64,000 nucleotides of DNA from Polyangiaceae bacterium (lineage in GTDB: Bacteria > Myxococcota_A > Polyangia > Polyangiales > Polyangiaceae). A program made the translations under genes and the position numbers. The stretch is from assembly GCA_965222375.1 (NCBI GenBank), contig CBDCTZ010000004.1:13435-77434 (forward strand), given 5' to 3'. This document shows positions 10,871-20,507 of the stretch, piece after piece (position 1 is the stretch's first letter; the number at the start of each line of letters is the position of its first letter). The notes beneath the pieces were generated by a model. That model saw nothing but the letters and a program-made list of their open reading frames with translations, had not been told where the DNA came from and did no database searches.

Positions 10871-12396
10871 GCGCCAAGAAGACAGCTCGGAAAGGGACCC
10901 CGTCCCGAGCCACTGCTGCCAAGAAGACCGCCAAGACCGCCACCCGGGGGACTGCAGCGAGCACCGGCAAGAAGGCCAGGACCACCTCCCGCAAGAAGAC
11001 GCCGACGGCGACGAGCAAGAAGCCGGCAACAAGGGCAGCGAGCAAGACCAAGGCCAAGACCAAGATGGCGCCGACGAGCGCCGTGGCCCGGGCCAAGAAG
11101 GGCGCGGCAGCGACCATCAAAAAGCCCACGTCCGTGACCAGCCGGGGGGCCCTACCGAGGACGTCCAGGCCGGTTCGCAGACCCCGCAAGTCCACCGCTG
11201 CGAAGTCCGATACACACTTGCGGACGGGTCGAGCTTTGGGGGGCGATGTGGACTTCGACTCGCCAGAACTCGGGATCGGCTCCCGGGTTGTTCCCCCGAG
11301 CATGAGCTATCCCGAGGAGGAGCCCGCCTCAGCACGCGCCGCGTCGCCGAAACTGGAGGCGGACGTAGAAGCGGAGATCCGCGCCCTGGAGGAGCGACTG
11401 GATGGGCTGATTAGACGTTCGGCACCGACCGCCGAAGGCGCCGACGCCAGCTTGCGGCAGCAGGTGCAGAGTGTTGCGCGGGAAGTCGTCGAGCGGCTGG
11501 CTCCACCGCTGGAGCGCCCCGGCGGCGACGACGCCGGCGTCACCGACGCGGTCAAGGAGCTGCTCTCGAGCGACTACTACACGCGGCAGTGGGGCCGCCT
11601 CGGCATGCGCAGCCGCTCCGAGGAAGTCGACGACTTCGGGTTGGACCCGACGTACGAGTCACGACTTCGTCCTCTCTTGGACTTCTTGTGCGAACGCTAC
11701 TTTCGGGTCGAGACATCCGGCCTCGAGCACATCCCCGAGAGCGGGCGCGCATTGGTGGTCGCCAATCACTCCGGCACGGTGCCCTTGGACGGACTGGTGC
11801 TACGCAGCACGCTGCGGTTGCGGCATCGATCTCAGCGCCAGTTGCGTTGGCTCGCGGAAGACTTCGTCTACTATCTCCCATTCCTGGGGGCGTTCTTCAC
11901 GCGGCTGGGGGCGGTACGGGCATGCCAGGAGAATGCCGAGCGGTTGCTTAGCGGCGAGCACTTGGTTGCCGTCTTCCCCGAAGGCACCAAGGGGATCGGC
12001 AAACTGTTTCGTGACCGCTACCAGCTTCAGCGCTTCGGGCGCGGGGGCTTCATCCGGTTGTGCCTGCGCACCCACACGCCCATCGTTCCTTGCGCCGTCG
12101 TCGGCGCGGAAGAGACGAATCCGCTGCTGCGGCGCGTGGAATACCTTTCGAACGCCCTGGGCGTGCCCTACGTGCCCCTCACGCCCACCTTCCCCTGGCT
12201 GGGCCTCTTCGGCCTAGTCCCGGCACCCACCAAGTGGAAGATCATCTTCGGACAGCCGCTGGTCGTCGATCGTCATGGTCCCGAAGCTGCTGAGGACCAT
12301 GTCTTGGTGGGCCAGCTGGCTGAACAAGTCCGCTCCACGATCCAAGACCTGTTGAATCGGGCCTTGGACCAACGATCCAGCGTGTGGCTCGGCTAG
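10867..12396 (+). CDS. lysophospholipid acyltransferase family protein with histone H1-like K/A/T-rich N-terminus
   Basis: VANHSGTVPLD (NHxxxxxxD), VFPEG, FGRGGF; ATGA overlap with epimerase. Confidence 0.88.
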   Translation: MSAKKTARKGTPSRATAAKKTAKTATRGTAASTGKKARTTSRKKTPTATSKKPATRAASKTKAKTKMAPTSAVARAKKGAAATIKKPTSVTSRGALPRTSRPVRRPRKSTAAKSDTHLRTGRALGGDVDFDSPELGIGSRVVPPSMSYPEEEPASARAASPKLEADVEAEIRALEERLDGLIRRSAPTAEGADASLRQQVQSVAREVVERLAPPLERPGGDDAGVTDAVKELLSSDYYTRQWGRLGMRSRSEEVDDFGLDPTYESRLRPLLDFLCERYFRVETSGLEHIPESGRALVVANHSGTVPLDGLVLRSTLRLRHRSQRQLRWLAEDFVYYLPFLGAFFTRLGAVRACQENAERLLSGEHLVAVFPEGTKGIGKLFRDRYQLQRFGRGGFIRLCLRTHTPIVPCAVVGAEETNPLLRRVEYLSNALGVPYVPLTPTFPWLGLFGLVPAPTKWKIIFGQPLVVDRHGPEAAEDHVLVGQLAEQVRSTIQDLLNRALDQRSSVWLG

Positions 12397-13286
12397 GTCC
12401 CTCCGGCGTCCTCGTCGTCGACAAGCCTCGTGGGCTCACTAGCCACGATGTGGTTCGCGAACTGAGGCGAGCCTACGGCACGCGCCGGGTGGGTCACACC
12501 GGAACCCTCGACCCGATGGCGACAGGAGTGCTCGTGATCGTCCTGGGCGAAGCGACGAAGCTGGCAGACCACCTCACCCAGAGCGACAAGAGCTACGTGA
12601 CGCAAGTGTGCTTCGGCGTTGGCACTGAATCCTTTGACGCCGACAACGCCGTCACCGAGCGCGTGGACTTGCCTCGCGGCTGGCTCCAGCAAGCCGACCT
12701 GGACGGGGCTGTTCGAGAGGAAGCCAAGCGACAGCAGCAGGTGCCGCCCGCCCACAGCGCGATCCGAGTGCAGGGGCGGCGGGCCTATGCCGCCGCCCGC
12801 GCGGGTGAGGCCGTCGAGCTACCACCCCGGAACGTGCGGGTGCGTCGGAGCCGAGCGCTCACCACGGCGCCCGACAACACGGCCATCTTGGAGCTCACCG
12901 TCAGCAAGGGCTACTACGTGCGCTCCTTGGCACGGGACCTCGGAGTTCGCCTGGGAGTGCCCGCGCACTTGACGGCATTGCGACGGGTGCAGAGCGGCGC
13001 GTTCGGCGTTGACGAGGCTCACGGCTTTCCTATCCCAGAGGCGGATCCGCCGGAGCTCATCGGCCTCGAGGAGGCCGCCCGGCGTTGCCTCCCAATCGTC
13101 GACGTGAACGCCGAAGGCGCCGAGCACGTGCGACATGGGCGGGTGATCGAAGCCCGGCACGTCGTGGACACGACCATGCCTCGGGCGGAGCGGATCGGCT
13201 TGATGAGCCCGGACGGACGGCTCCTGGCACTCGCAACTGCGGACGGGGTCATGGCCCGGGTCCTGCGCGGGATCCGACACGATTGA
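12384..13286 (+). CDS. truB: tRNA pseudouridine(55) synthase
   Basis: DKPRGLTSHDVV, GHTGTLDPMATGVL, SKGYYVRSLARDLG, HLTALRR. Confidence 0.96.
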   Translation: MARLGPSGVLVVDKPRGLTSHDVVRELRRAYGTRRVGHTGTLDPMATGVLVIVLGEATKLADHLTQSDKSYVTQVCFGVGTESFDADNAVTERVDLPRGWLQQADLDGAVREEAKRQQQVPPAHSAIRVQGRRAYAAARAGEAVELPPRNVRVRRSRALTTAPDNTAILELTVSKGYYVRSLARDLGVRLGVPAHLTALRRVQSGAFGVDEAHGFPIPEADPPELIGLEEAARRCLPIVDVNAEGAEHVRHGRVIEARHVVDTTMPRAERIGLMSPDGRLLALATADGVMARVLRGIRHD

Positions 13287-13288
13287 GC

Positions 13289-13924
13289 TCAGCGCACCGT
13301 AACGTCCTGCACGCTCAGGCCTTTGGACTCGAGGCGGCGCTTCAAGCGCTCCCCGAGAGCATCACCGTCGACATCGACACCGACGTCGAGCTCCAAGCTC
13401 ACACCCTGTGGTTCACTGAGAACGGTGATCGTCGTACCCGACCATGCGCCCGCTCCCAACTCGATTCGCGCGGCGCCTTTGCGCCCCACCCCCCCCCACG
13501 CGATGCGCTTCACCAGCTGCTGCGCGATTTGGTCGAGTACGGGGGCATGCTGCAGCGGAGCATCGCCAGCAGCTGCCAGCGGAACAGCTAGTTGGGGAGC
13601 GGCAGCCGCCAAGGACAACGCGAGAGGATCGAGCTGTTGGCCGTCGGCCACGGCTTCCGGGCTGGCGCTGGCGGGCATATCGAGCTTCGCAGCCGTCTCA
13701 GCCGCGGCGGGAGCCGCCGACGCGGCGAGTGACCGCGGGGCTGCACTCGGTTTGGCTTCGCCGTCTGGCAGCCGCGGGGGGACCGCAAGCTTCGGGGCGT
13801 GTCGCCCGAGATCGAGCAAGCATTGGAATTTTTTGGCGTTTCGCCGCGGGATCCGCGGCGCCCCGGGGTGGGAGGGCACAGGGCAGGCCGAGGCCCGAGC
13901 CGAGGCCGCGCATCTTTGTGACAT
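13289..13924 (-). CDS. hypothetical protein with FliK/T3S4-like C-terminal domain
   Basis: Ala/Pro-rich N-terminus then AARIEL-G...ITV....VSLEL...LKRRLESKGLSVQDVTVR; start uncertain. Confidence 0.5.
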   Translation of the reverse strand: MSQRCAASARASACPVPSHPGAPRIPRRNAKKFQCLLDLGRHAPKLAVPPRLPDGEAKPSAAPRSLAASAAPAAAETAAKLDMPASASPEAVADGQQLDPLALSLAAAAPQLAVPLAAAGDAPLQHAPVLDQIAQQLVKRIAWGGVGRKGAARIELGAGAWSGTTITVLSEPQGVSLELDVGVDVDGDALGERLKRRLESKGLSVQDVTVR

Positions 13925-14021
13925 ACGGGCCTATCGGTCAGTGCGGCGCCGGGTTGCGCGTGCCGAGCCCGGGAGGCTAACTTTGATTGGAGGGCGGCAC
14001 GCGCCCCAGGACTGATCGCCG

Positions 14022-15335
14022 TTGGCCCCAGAATCTCCAGCCGTTTCCGCCTACATACTTGCCGCACTTCCCGCCCTGCTCGCGGCTTTCTTTGGAGCAG
14101 CCAGCGCCGCCATATCTGCGCTTTCCGTCGCGCGCCGTGTGGCCCTCAGGGATTCCTTGGAGGGACGACCGCGCAAAGCACTGGATCGCTACCTCACCGA
14201 GGGGCGCGCCATCGAAGCGCGCTGGTTGGTGATTCGAGTTCTCGGCATTGCGGGGACGGCCATCTTGCTTAGTCAGCTTCTGCCGGTGCAGGGTCTCGGC
14301 AGCTGGGCACCCGTCGTGGCCGCCATGTGTGCGTTGGCACTTTATGGTTTGCCAGCGGAGATGCTGAAAGCGGTGGTGCTACGCAGCCCAGAAGTGAGCG
14401 CACCGAGGTTGTTGTCTGCGCTGCGCCCTTTCGAACTCTTGGCCATGCCCTTGGCAGCACCGCTGATCGCGATGGGCCGCATGGTCGGAGAGTCCGTGCC
14501 CAAGGGCTCGTCGATACCTCCTGCTCGGGTCACGGAACAGGAAGTGGAGTTTTTGGTCGCCGAGAGTGAACAAAGCGGCGTTTTGGATCACGAGCAATCC
14601 GAGATGATTCGGAACGTTCTGGAATTTCGGGATCTCAAGGCCGGTGACGCCATGGTTCCCCGTACTCGGGTCATGGCCTTCGACGTCGACACGCCCACAG
14701 ACGAGATCATTCGAGTCGCGACCGAAAACGGTCACTCGCGGTATCCCGTGTATCGAGATCGCATCGACAACGTGGTCGGCGTGCTGCACATCAAGGACTT
14801 GCTCACGCGTCTCCACACCTCCACGGAGCCCGTGCCCGTCACCACGGTGATGCGCAAGCCTGTCGTATTCGTGCCTGAGACGTATCCCGCCTCCGACGCC
14901 CTCAGCAACATGCGCGCGGGGCGCCACCATATGGCAGTCGTGATCGACGAACACGGCAGCTTCGCCGGCATCGTAACCCTCGAGGATCTGGTCGAAGAAA
15001 TCGTGGGCGAAATCCGTGACGAACACGACACGGACGCGCCACCCATCGTGCGCCTCTCCAACGGTCGCTTGCTCGTCGACGCGTCGATCTCGATTGGAGA
15101 CCTCGAACGCTACCTGGGCACGGACCTGCCCGAAGACGGCGACTACCACTCCCTAGGCGGCTTCGTCGTGGAGCGCTTGGGCCGAGTCCCGAGGCCAGGC
15201 GCCCGCTTTGTGGCTCAAGGCCACGAGTTCTTGGTCCGGGATGCCGACGCCCGGCACGTCTCCAAGGTGGAAATCGCCCCAACCCGGCACTCCCACCCGG
15301 ACGGCGAGCCCGACAAGACCGTCAACGCCGCATAG
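14022..15335 (+). CDS. HlyC/CorC family transporter (CNNM-CBS-CorC; hemolysin family)
   Basis: N-terminal TMs, MVPRT, HSRYPVY, VIDEHGSFAGIVTLEDLVEEIVGEIRDEHD, YHSLGGFV. Confidence 0.92.
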   Translation: MAPESPAVSAYILAALPALLAAFFGAASAAISALSVARRVALRDSLEGRPRKALDRYLTEGRAIEARWLVIRVLGIAGTAILLSQLLPVQGLGSWAPVVAAMCALALYGLPAEMLKAVVLRSPEVSAPRLLSALRPFELLAMPLAAPLIAMGRMVGESVPKGSSIPPARVTEQEVEFLVAESEQSGVLDHEQSEMIRNVLEFRDLKAGDAMVPRTRVMAFDVDTPTDEIIRVATENGHSRYPVYRDRIDNVVGVLHIKDLLTRLHTSTEPVPVTTVMRKPVVFVPETYPASDALSNMRAGRHHMAVVIDEHGSFAGIVTLEDLVEEIVGEIRDEHDTDAPPIVRLSNGRLLVDASISIGDLERYLGTDLPEDGDYHSLGGFVVERLGRVPRPGARFVAQGHEFLVRDADARHVSKVEIAPTRHSHPDGEPDKTVNAA

Positions 15336-15397
15336 GTCAGCGCCCCCGCGCGTCCCATGGTGCGAGAGATCCAAGGCAGCGACCGCTGGCCCAAACT

Positions 15398-15449
15398 CAG
15401 CTCTGTTGCCATCCCCAAAAATCAGCAGGAGGGGTTGGCAACATAGCTG
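15398..15449. repeat. imperfect inverted repeat (17/19 bp arms, 14-nt spacer) between convergent genes; possible bidirectional terminator
   Basis: CAGCTCTGTTGCCATCCCC-N14-GGGGTTGGCAACATAGCTG. Confidence 0.65.
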
Positions 15450-15519
15450 CCCTACTGCCCAGAGCGACGCATATGCTGCTCTCCCCCGCGGGCGCGCACC
15501 GCTGGGGTGTCTAGGGGGC

Positions 15520-16659
15520 TCAGCCGGTACCGATGGTCTTTAGCTTCTCGCTCAAGACGTCACCGGTCTGGATCAAGCCGTCCTTCTCGCGGCCTGGCGT
15601 CTGATCCCCACGCAGCACGCGCTCCATGGTCGTGATCTCGCTGCGCAGCTTGACGATGACGTCCGAGGGGCAAACTTTGGCCTGGGTGCTCGGGTTCACC
15701 GGCACGATCTTCGGCTCTTCGCCACCTTTGCGCTTGGTTGGATCACCGCTCGAGTAGCGCTTGAGGGTGAACTCCTTGCTGCCCTGCTTGATCTTGAATT
15801 CAGCCGGCCACTTGTACTGCTTCTTTTTCTCACCCTTCTTGGGTTCACCCGGCTTGACCAAGAACGGCTTCGGCAGCGGCTGCATGCTGACCCACGGGCC
15901 ATAGGGCCCGTTTTCGAAGAATACGGACCAGCGAACCTTGGGCGTGTCTTTCTGGGCGAGCACATCTTCCAGGGGCTTTTTGGCGCCGCTGAGGATGTTC
16001 CGGATCTTGTCCTTCTGCTCGTTGACCTGTTCCGCACCACTGGCGAAGGAGATCAACATGGTGACGATCTGTGGCTTGAAGCGACCGATTCCGCGGCCCG
16101 TCAGGCTGGCGCCCGAGAAGGGAATGTCGATGCCTCCCAGCTTCTGCACTTCTTCCGCCGGGTACTTGTTGTCACCCAGTTTCGACCGCGCGCTCTTGAG
16201 CACGTCCGCCAGCTCTTCGACCTTGGCGTTGGCTTCGTCCACCTCTTTGGCCAAGTCCGAGGCGCCGGCGAGAGCTTTGTCTGCGCCCTTGCCGCGTTCG
16301 ACGCCGCTGCCGACAGCGTAGCCGACCAGAGCGCCGACAATCGCAGCGACACCAGCCAGAGCGACGATCTTGCCGCGCCCTTTCTTTTGAGCAGCGACGA
16401 CCTCCTCGCTCATCTCGACTTTGATCGCCTGAGGTTCCGCGCGAGCGGGCGCTTGGTCCGCCGAAATCGCCGTGTAGGGATTCGACGGATCAATCTTCGG
16501 CTTCTCCTGCGCCTTTTGTTGGGCGAACGGAGGTTGAGGAATTCCGCTAGGTTTCGGCAATCCGACCGGCGGCGGGATGGACGGACCACCCGGCGCGGTC
16601 ACCGTCTTCTTCCCGAGGCGGGCTTTGAGGTCGATTCTGGGCTTCTTTTCTTCGGCCAT
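15520..16659 (-). CDS. hypothetical single-TM protein with coiled coil
   Basis: MAEEKKPRIDLKARLGKK, Pro-rich linker, TM IVALAGVAAIVGALVGYAVG; own promoter upstream. Confidence 0.75.
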   Translation of the reverse strand: MAEEKKPRIDLKARLGKKTVTAPGGPSIPPPVGLPKPSGIPQPPFAQQKAQEKPKIDPSNPYTAISADQAPARAEPQAIKVEMSEEVVAAQKKGRGKIVALAGVAAIVGALVGYAVGSGVERGKGADKALAGASDLAKEVDEANAKVEELADVLKSARSKLGDNKYPAEEVQKLGGIDIPFSGASLTGRGIGRFKPQIVTMLISFASGAEQVNEQKDKIRNILSGAKKPLEDVLAQKDTPKVRWSVFFENGPYGPWVSMQPLPKPFLVKPGEPKKGEKKKQYKWPAEFKIKQGSKEFTLKRYSSGDPTKRKGGEEPKIVPVNPSTQAKVCPSDVIVKLRSEITTMERVLRGDQTPGREKDGLIQTGDVLSEKLKTIGTG

Positions 16660-16709
16660 GTTCGTTCGACTGGACAAAATGGGCGCGTTTAGCCCCGCCA
16701 GCGCGCGGG

Positions 16710-16738
16710 ACACTAGCGGTGGCGGGACAAACCCGCAA
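16710..16738 (-). promoter_or_regulatory. putative sigma70 promoter for 15520..16659
   Basis: TTGCGG-N17-TAGTGT on minus strand. Confidence 0.5.
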
Positions 16739-16821
16739 GATTGAAACGATGTTTGGGTCTGGCCTTGGGTCTCGAAGCTATTTACGGAGCGGCCGGAGCC
16801 GGGCAGGCTGAGCGCCTTCCG

Positions 16822-17697
16822 ATGCGCGACCAAGCAGTTTCCGGCACCCTTTGTACGGACGACGGGGCCACGATCGCGTTCTACGACACCGGGGGCTCGG
16901 GCCCACCGATCATCCTGGCCAATGGCCTCGGGGGCCCGCTTCGAGCCTGGAAGCGCCAAATCGACTATCTGAAGGACCGCTACCGAGTAATCAGTTGGGA
17001 TTACCGGGGCTTATACAATTCGCCTCGGCCCGAAGGCACCAAGCCCCGCCTGGACGTAGCCACCCATAGCCGAGACTTGGCCCGAGTCGCCGCCCACCTG
17101 GGTGTGGAGCGCTTCGCTGGGATTGGCTGGAGCATGGGGGTCCAGGTCCTCTTGGAACTCTACGAGACCCGACCCGAGCTGCTGGGGCATCTAGTCCTGA
17201 TCAATGGAACCTACGGCAAGCAGTGGATGACCTCGGCGCTGCCGCTAGTGAACAAGGTTCTGCCCCGACTCGCGCGAAGCGCGCGACGCTTCGACAACGT
17301 GGGCACCAGCTTGGTCAAGCGGGCAACCGACCAGCCGGAAACCGTCATGTGGCTCAAGCGCTTGAGGCTCGTTTCCTCGACATTGGATGAGGAGCTGTTT
17401 CGCGAGATCGCCGACGAGTTTTCCGGTTTGGATATGGGGCTTTACCTAGACATGTTGCGAGCGTTGGGTGAACACGATGCGGCGCGTATTCTCGAAGCCG
17501 TCGACATCCCAACTCTCGTCATCTGTGGTGATCGGGATCTCTTCACGCCCAAGGCGCAGGCGCTCGGCATGGCGAAGAAGATCCCCGGAGGTGAGTTGCT
17601 GGTCGTCCGTGGCGCTAGCCACTACGCGGCCTTGGAATACCCCGAGCTGGTGAACCTGCGCATCGAAAAGTTCTTTCGAGAGCACGGGCTGTCATGA
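16822..17697 (+). CDS. alpha/beta hydrolase
   Basis: WDYRG, nucleophile elbow GWSMG, GDRD, SHYA. Confidence 0.9.
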   Translation: MRDQAVSGTLCTDDGATIAFYDTGGSGPPIILANGLGGPLRAWKRQIDYLKDRYRVISWDYRGLYNSPRPEGTKPRLDVATHSRDLARVAAHLGVERFAGIGWSMGVQVLLELYETRPELLGHLVLINGTYGKQWMTSALPLVNKVLPRLARSARRFDNVGTSLVKRATDQPETVMWLKRLRLVSSTLDEELFREIADEFSGLDMGLYLDMLRALGEHDAARILEAVDIPTLVICGDRDLFTPKAQALGMAKKIPGGELLVVRGASHYAALEYPELVNLRIEKFFREHGLS

Positions 17698-17705
17698 ACC
17701 GCGCG

Positions 17706-18011
17706 CTACTGCGCTGTGGCTACGTAGCGCTCGATTCGCGCCAGGTCTTCGCTGGCCGCCACGAACTCGAAAGCTTGGCTACGGCCGCGACGCCACACGC
17801 CCTGGGCCCAAACCCAGGCGCTATTCTTTTCCCCAGGTAGCCGAAGCTCCATGGAGAAGGACTGCAGCAAATCATCGGGCTCGCCAACGCTTCGAGCCAG
17901 GAGCCCGGTAGCGGAAAGGTCGAGGGTCTCGCACAAGTGCGGATGGCCCAGGATATACTTGTTGAAGAAGATGCGGATGGGCTTACGAAGGGCAGCGCGT
18001 CGGTCAAACAT
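17706..18011 (-). CDS. stand-alone PilZ-domain protein
   Basis: RRAALR (RxxxR) and DLSATG (DxSxxG) c-di-GMP motifs. Confidence 0.8.
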   Translation of the reverse strand: MFDRRAALRKPIRIFFNKYILGHPHLCETLDLSATGLLARSVGEPDDLLQSFSMELRLPGEKNSAWVWAQGVWRRGRSQAFEFVAASEDLARIERYVATAQ

Positions 18012-18071
18012 GGCATTCACATGTTATCGGCGCGCTTGTCGCGCATGAAAGTTTCGGGAGTGTAAAAGCCC

Positions 18072-18671
18072 TTGTCTGCTGCCCGCAAAGCATCGCGTCT
18101 TCAGGACGTCGTGGTCATCGACAACTACGACTCCTTTACCTACAACCTCGTCCAGTACCTGGAGAGCCTCGGTGCCCGCTGCAGCGTCTGGCTGAACGAC
18201 CGCTGCAGCGTCGAGCAGATCCGGACTGCAAGCCCGGCGGGGGTCCTGATCTCCCCGGGCCCGGGAACGCCGGACGACGCCGGGATCAGCCTCGAGGTGA
18301 TCCGCGAGCTATCCTCCGAATTGCCGATCTTTGGTGTGTGCCTGGGCCATCAGGCGATAGCTCAGGCCTTTGGAGGCAGTATCGTCCGAGCCGACCGGAT
18401 CATGCACGGCAAAGTGAGCCAGATCCGCCACGGCGGCGAGGGCGTTCTGAGCGGGATCCCCTCGCCCTTTGCCGCAACCCGCTACCACTCGCTGATCGTG
18501 GATCCCGCATCTCTGCCGGACTGCTTGGAGAGCACCGCCAGCAGCGAGTGGGACGAAATCATGGGGCTCGTTCACCGCTCGCGGCCTTTAGTGGGAGTCC
18601 AGTTTCACCCGGAGTCCATTCTTACGGACCACGGCCTGAAGATCATGGAAAACTGGTTGAACGCCTTATGA
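18072..18671 (+). CDS. trpG: anthranilate/aminodeoxychorismate synthase component II (glutamine amidotransferase)
   Basis: IDNYDSFTYNL, SPGPG, GVCLGHQ, RYHSL, QFHPES; upstream of trpD-trpC. Confidence 0.92.
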   Translation: MSAARKASRLQDVVVIDNYDSFTYNLVQYLESLGARCSVWLNDRCSVEQIRTASPAGVLISPGPGTPDDAGISLEVIRELSSELPIFGVCLGHQAIAQAFGGSIVRADRIMHGKVSQIRHGGEGVLSGIPSPFAATRYHSLIVDPASLPDCLESTASSEWDEIMGLVHRSRPLVGVQFHPESILTDHGLKIMENWLNAL

Positions 18672-19699
18672 GCCACCCGAGCTTCCGCGACGTATTCGCC
18701 GAGGTCGCCAGCGACCGCGGTGCGAGCGGCGACTGCGTTCGCCAAGCTCTCGATGCCATCCTTTCCGGCGCCTGGACCCCAGTGCAGGTTGCCGGTTTCG
18801 CGGTCGCCCTGCGGATGCGAGGCGAAACGCCGGAGCAAATAGCGGCAGCCGCCCGGGCGCTGCGCGAAGCCATGGTCCCCTTGCCCCACACCTTTAGTGA
18901 CGTGCTGGACACCTGCGGCACCGGCGGCGATGGCCTAGGCACCGTGAACCTTTCCACGACTGCAGCGCTGCTAGCCGCAGCCGCTGGCGTCCCCGTGGCC
19001 AAGCACGGCAACCGGGCGGTCAGCAGCCGCGCAGGCAGCGCAGACGTTTTCGAGGCCCTCGGCGTCCCAATCGACCTCAGCGTCGAGCAAGCAACGAAGG
19101 TGTTCGAGTCATCGAAGCTGGTCTTCTTGATGGCACCGACCCACCATCCAGCCATGCGCCATGGCGGCGTGGCGCGGCGGGAGCTCGGCATCCGAACCAT
19201 CTTCAACTGCCTGGGCCCCTTGGCGAACCCGGCCGGCGCGACCCACCAGCTGCTGGGTGCCTATGACGACGCACTTCGACCCGTGCTGGCCCAGACCCTG
19301 CAGGATTTGGGCACGAAGCGGGCGTGGATCGTGCGCGGAAAGGACGGGATGGACGAGGTCAGCCCTTATGCACCCACCAATGTGACTCGACTCGATGCAA
19401 GCGGGATCCGGGAGCAGGTCGTCACTCCCGAGGACTTCGGCTTCGCGACCAGCCCCCCGGGGGCCGCCCAGGGCGGGGATGCAGAGCACAACGCGGCGAT
19501 CTTGAGGGCAGTCTTGAAGGGCGAGCAGCACCCCGCCCGGGACGCCATCGGGCTGAACGCGGCGGCTGCGCTGTGCGTCGCCCTGGGTCTGGAAATGAAG
19601 GAGGCCGGAGCACGCGTGGTCGAACTGCTCGACTCTGGCGCGGGCGCAGAAACCTTGGCAGCAATGCAGCGGGCCGCTGAAGCTCTGGGCGAGGCATGA
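18668..19699 (+). CDS. trpD: anthranilate phosphoribosyltransferase
   Basis: DTCGTGGDG, NLST, KHGNRAVSS, GPLANP, DGMDE; ATGA overlap with trpG. Confidence 0.96.
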   Translation: MSHPSFRDVFAEVASDRGASGDCVRQALDAILSGAWTPVQVAGFAVALRMRGETPEQIAAAARALREAMVPLPHTFSDVLDTCGTGGDGLGTVNLSTTAALLAAAAGVPVAKHGNRAVSSRAGSADVFEALGVPIDLSVEQATKVFESSKLVFLMAPTHHPAMRHGGVARRELGIRTIFNCLGPLANPAGATHQLLGAYDDALRPVLAQTLQDLGTKRAWIVRGKDGMDEVSPYAPTNVTRLDASGIREQVVTPEDFGFATSPPGAAQGGDAEHNAAILRAVLKGEQHPARDAIGLNAAAALCVALGLEMKEAGARVVELLDSGAGAETLAAMQRAAEALGEA

Positions 19700-20460
19700 C
19701 ACTGCTAGACGACATCTTGAACGCCAAGCGTGGTCGGCTCGAGCAGCTCCGGAAGGCCACCTTGCCCGAGCCCCCGCCGGCGCGGGCCGTAGCCCTGAAG
19801 CGAGGCAACGGCGAGGCCTTACGCATCATCGCGGAGATCAAGCATCGCTCGCCCTCGGCAGGAGCCCTCTCTACTGCGCTGAGGGTCGCGGAGCGTGCCC
19901 GTGCCTACGAGCGGGGCGGCGCCGCCATGGTCAGCGTCCTGTGCGACGAGACCTTCTTTGGCGGATCCCTGCTGCATATGTCCGAGGCCCGAAGCGCGTG
20001 TGCGTTGCCAATCCTGTGCAAGGAGTTCATTCTCGACGTGGCGCAAATCGACGCGGCCCGCGCGCATGGCGCCGACGTAGTTCTGCTGATCGTGCGCATC
20101 GTGGACGACTGCGACGAGCTGCGCAGGCTGCTAGACCACACCCGCGCCTTGGGCATGGAAGCGCTAGTCGAGGTCACGAGCCACAATGAAGCACGCCAGG
20201 CCTTGGACGCCGGCGCCGAGTTGGTCGGCGTCAACGCCAGGGATCTGGACACCTTGGAAATTAGTCTCCCCCGCGCGGCGAAGGTTCTGACCTCACTACC
20301 CGACTGGGTCACGCCCGTGCATTTGTCGGGGCTCTCCACTGCCCGAGATGTCGCTCGGGTAGCGTCATCTTGCGCTCACGCAGCATTGGTGGGCGAAGCG
20401 TTGATGCGCTGCGACAATCCGGAGCCGCTGCTTCGGCAGCTCTGCGCGTCCACCCGCTGA
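19696..20460 (+). CDS. trpC: indole-3-glycerol phosphate synthase
   Basis: IAEIKHRSPS, SVLCD, LCKEFI, EALVEV, GVNARDL. Confidence 0.93.
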   Translation: MTLLDDILNAKRGRLEQLRKATLPEPPPARAVALKRGNGEALRIIAEIKHRSPSAGALSTALRVAERARAYERGGAAMVSVLCDETFFGGSLLHMSEARSACALPILCKEFILDVAQIDAARAHGADVVLLIVRIVDDCDELRRLLDHTRALGMEALVEVTSHNEARQALDAGAELVGVNARDLDTLEISLPRAAKVLTSLPDWVTPVHLSGLSTARDVARVASSCAHAALVGEALMRCDNPEPLLRQLCASTR

Positions 20461-20471
20461 GCCGACCACAA

Positions 20472-20501
20472 TTGGCGAGGATTGCTCGGGTCCACTAGGA
20501 T
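20472..20501 (+). promoter_or_regulatory. putative sigma70 promoter giving a leaderless xerD transcript
   Basis: TTGGCG-N18-TAGGAT, 6 nt before ATG 20508. Confidence 0.45.
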
Positions 20502-20507
20502 CTGCCA

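Noticed and set aside
15436..15450. GG-N10-GC sigma54-like site in the right arm of the inverted repeat
   Set aside because: Points into a convergent gene end with nothing to transcribe; weak match
18338..18667. N-terminal extension of trpD suggesting a TrpG-TrpD fusion or frameshift
   Set aside because: trpG has its own stop overlapping ATG 18668; extension is an alternative-frame artefact
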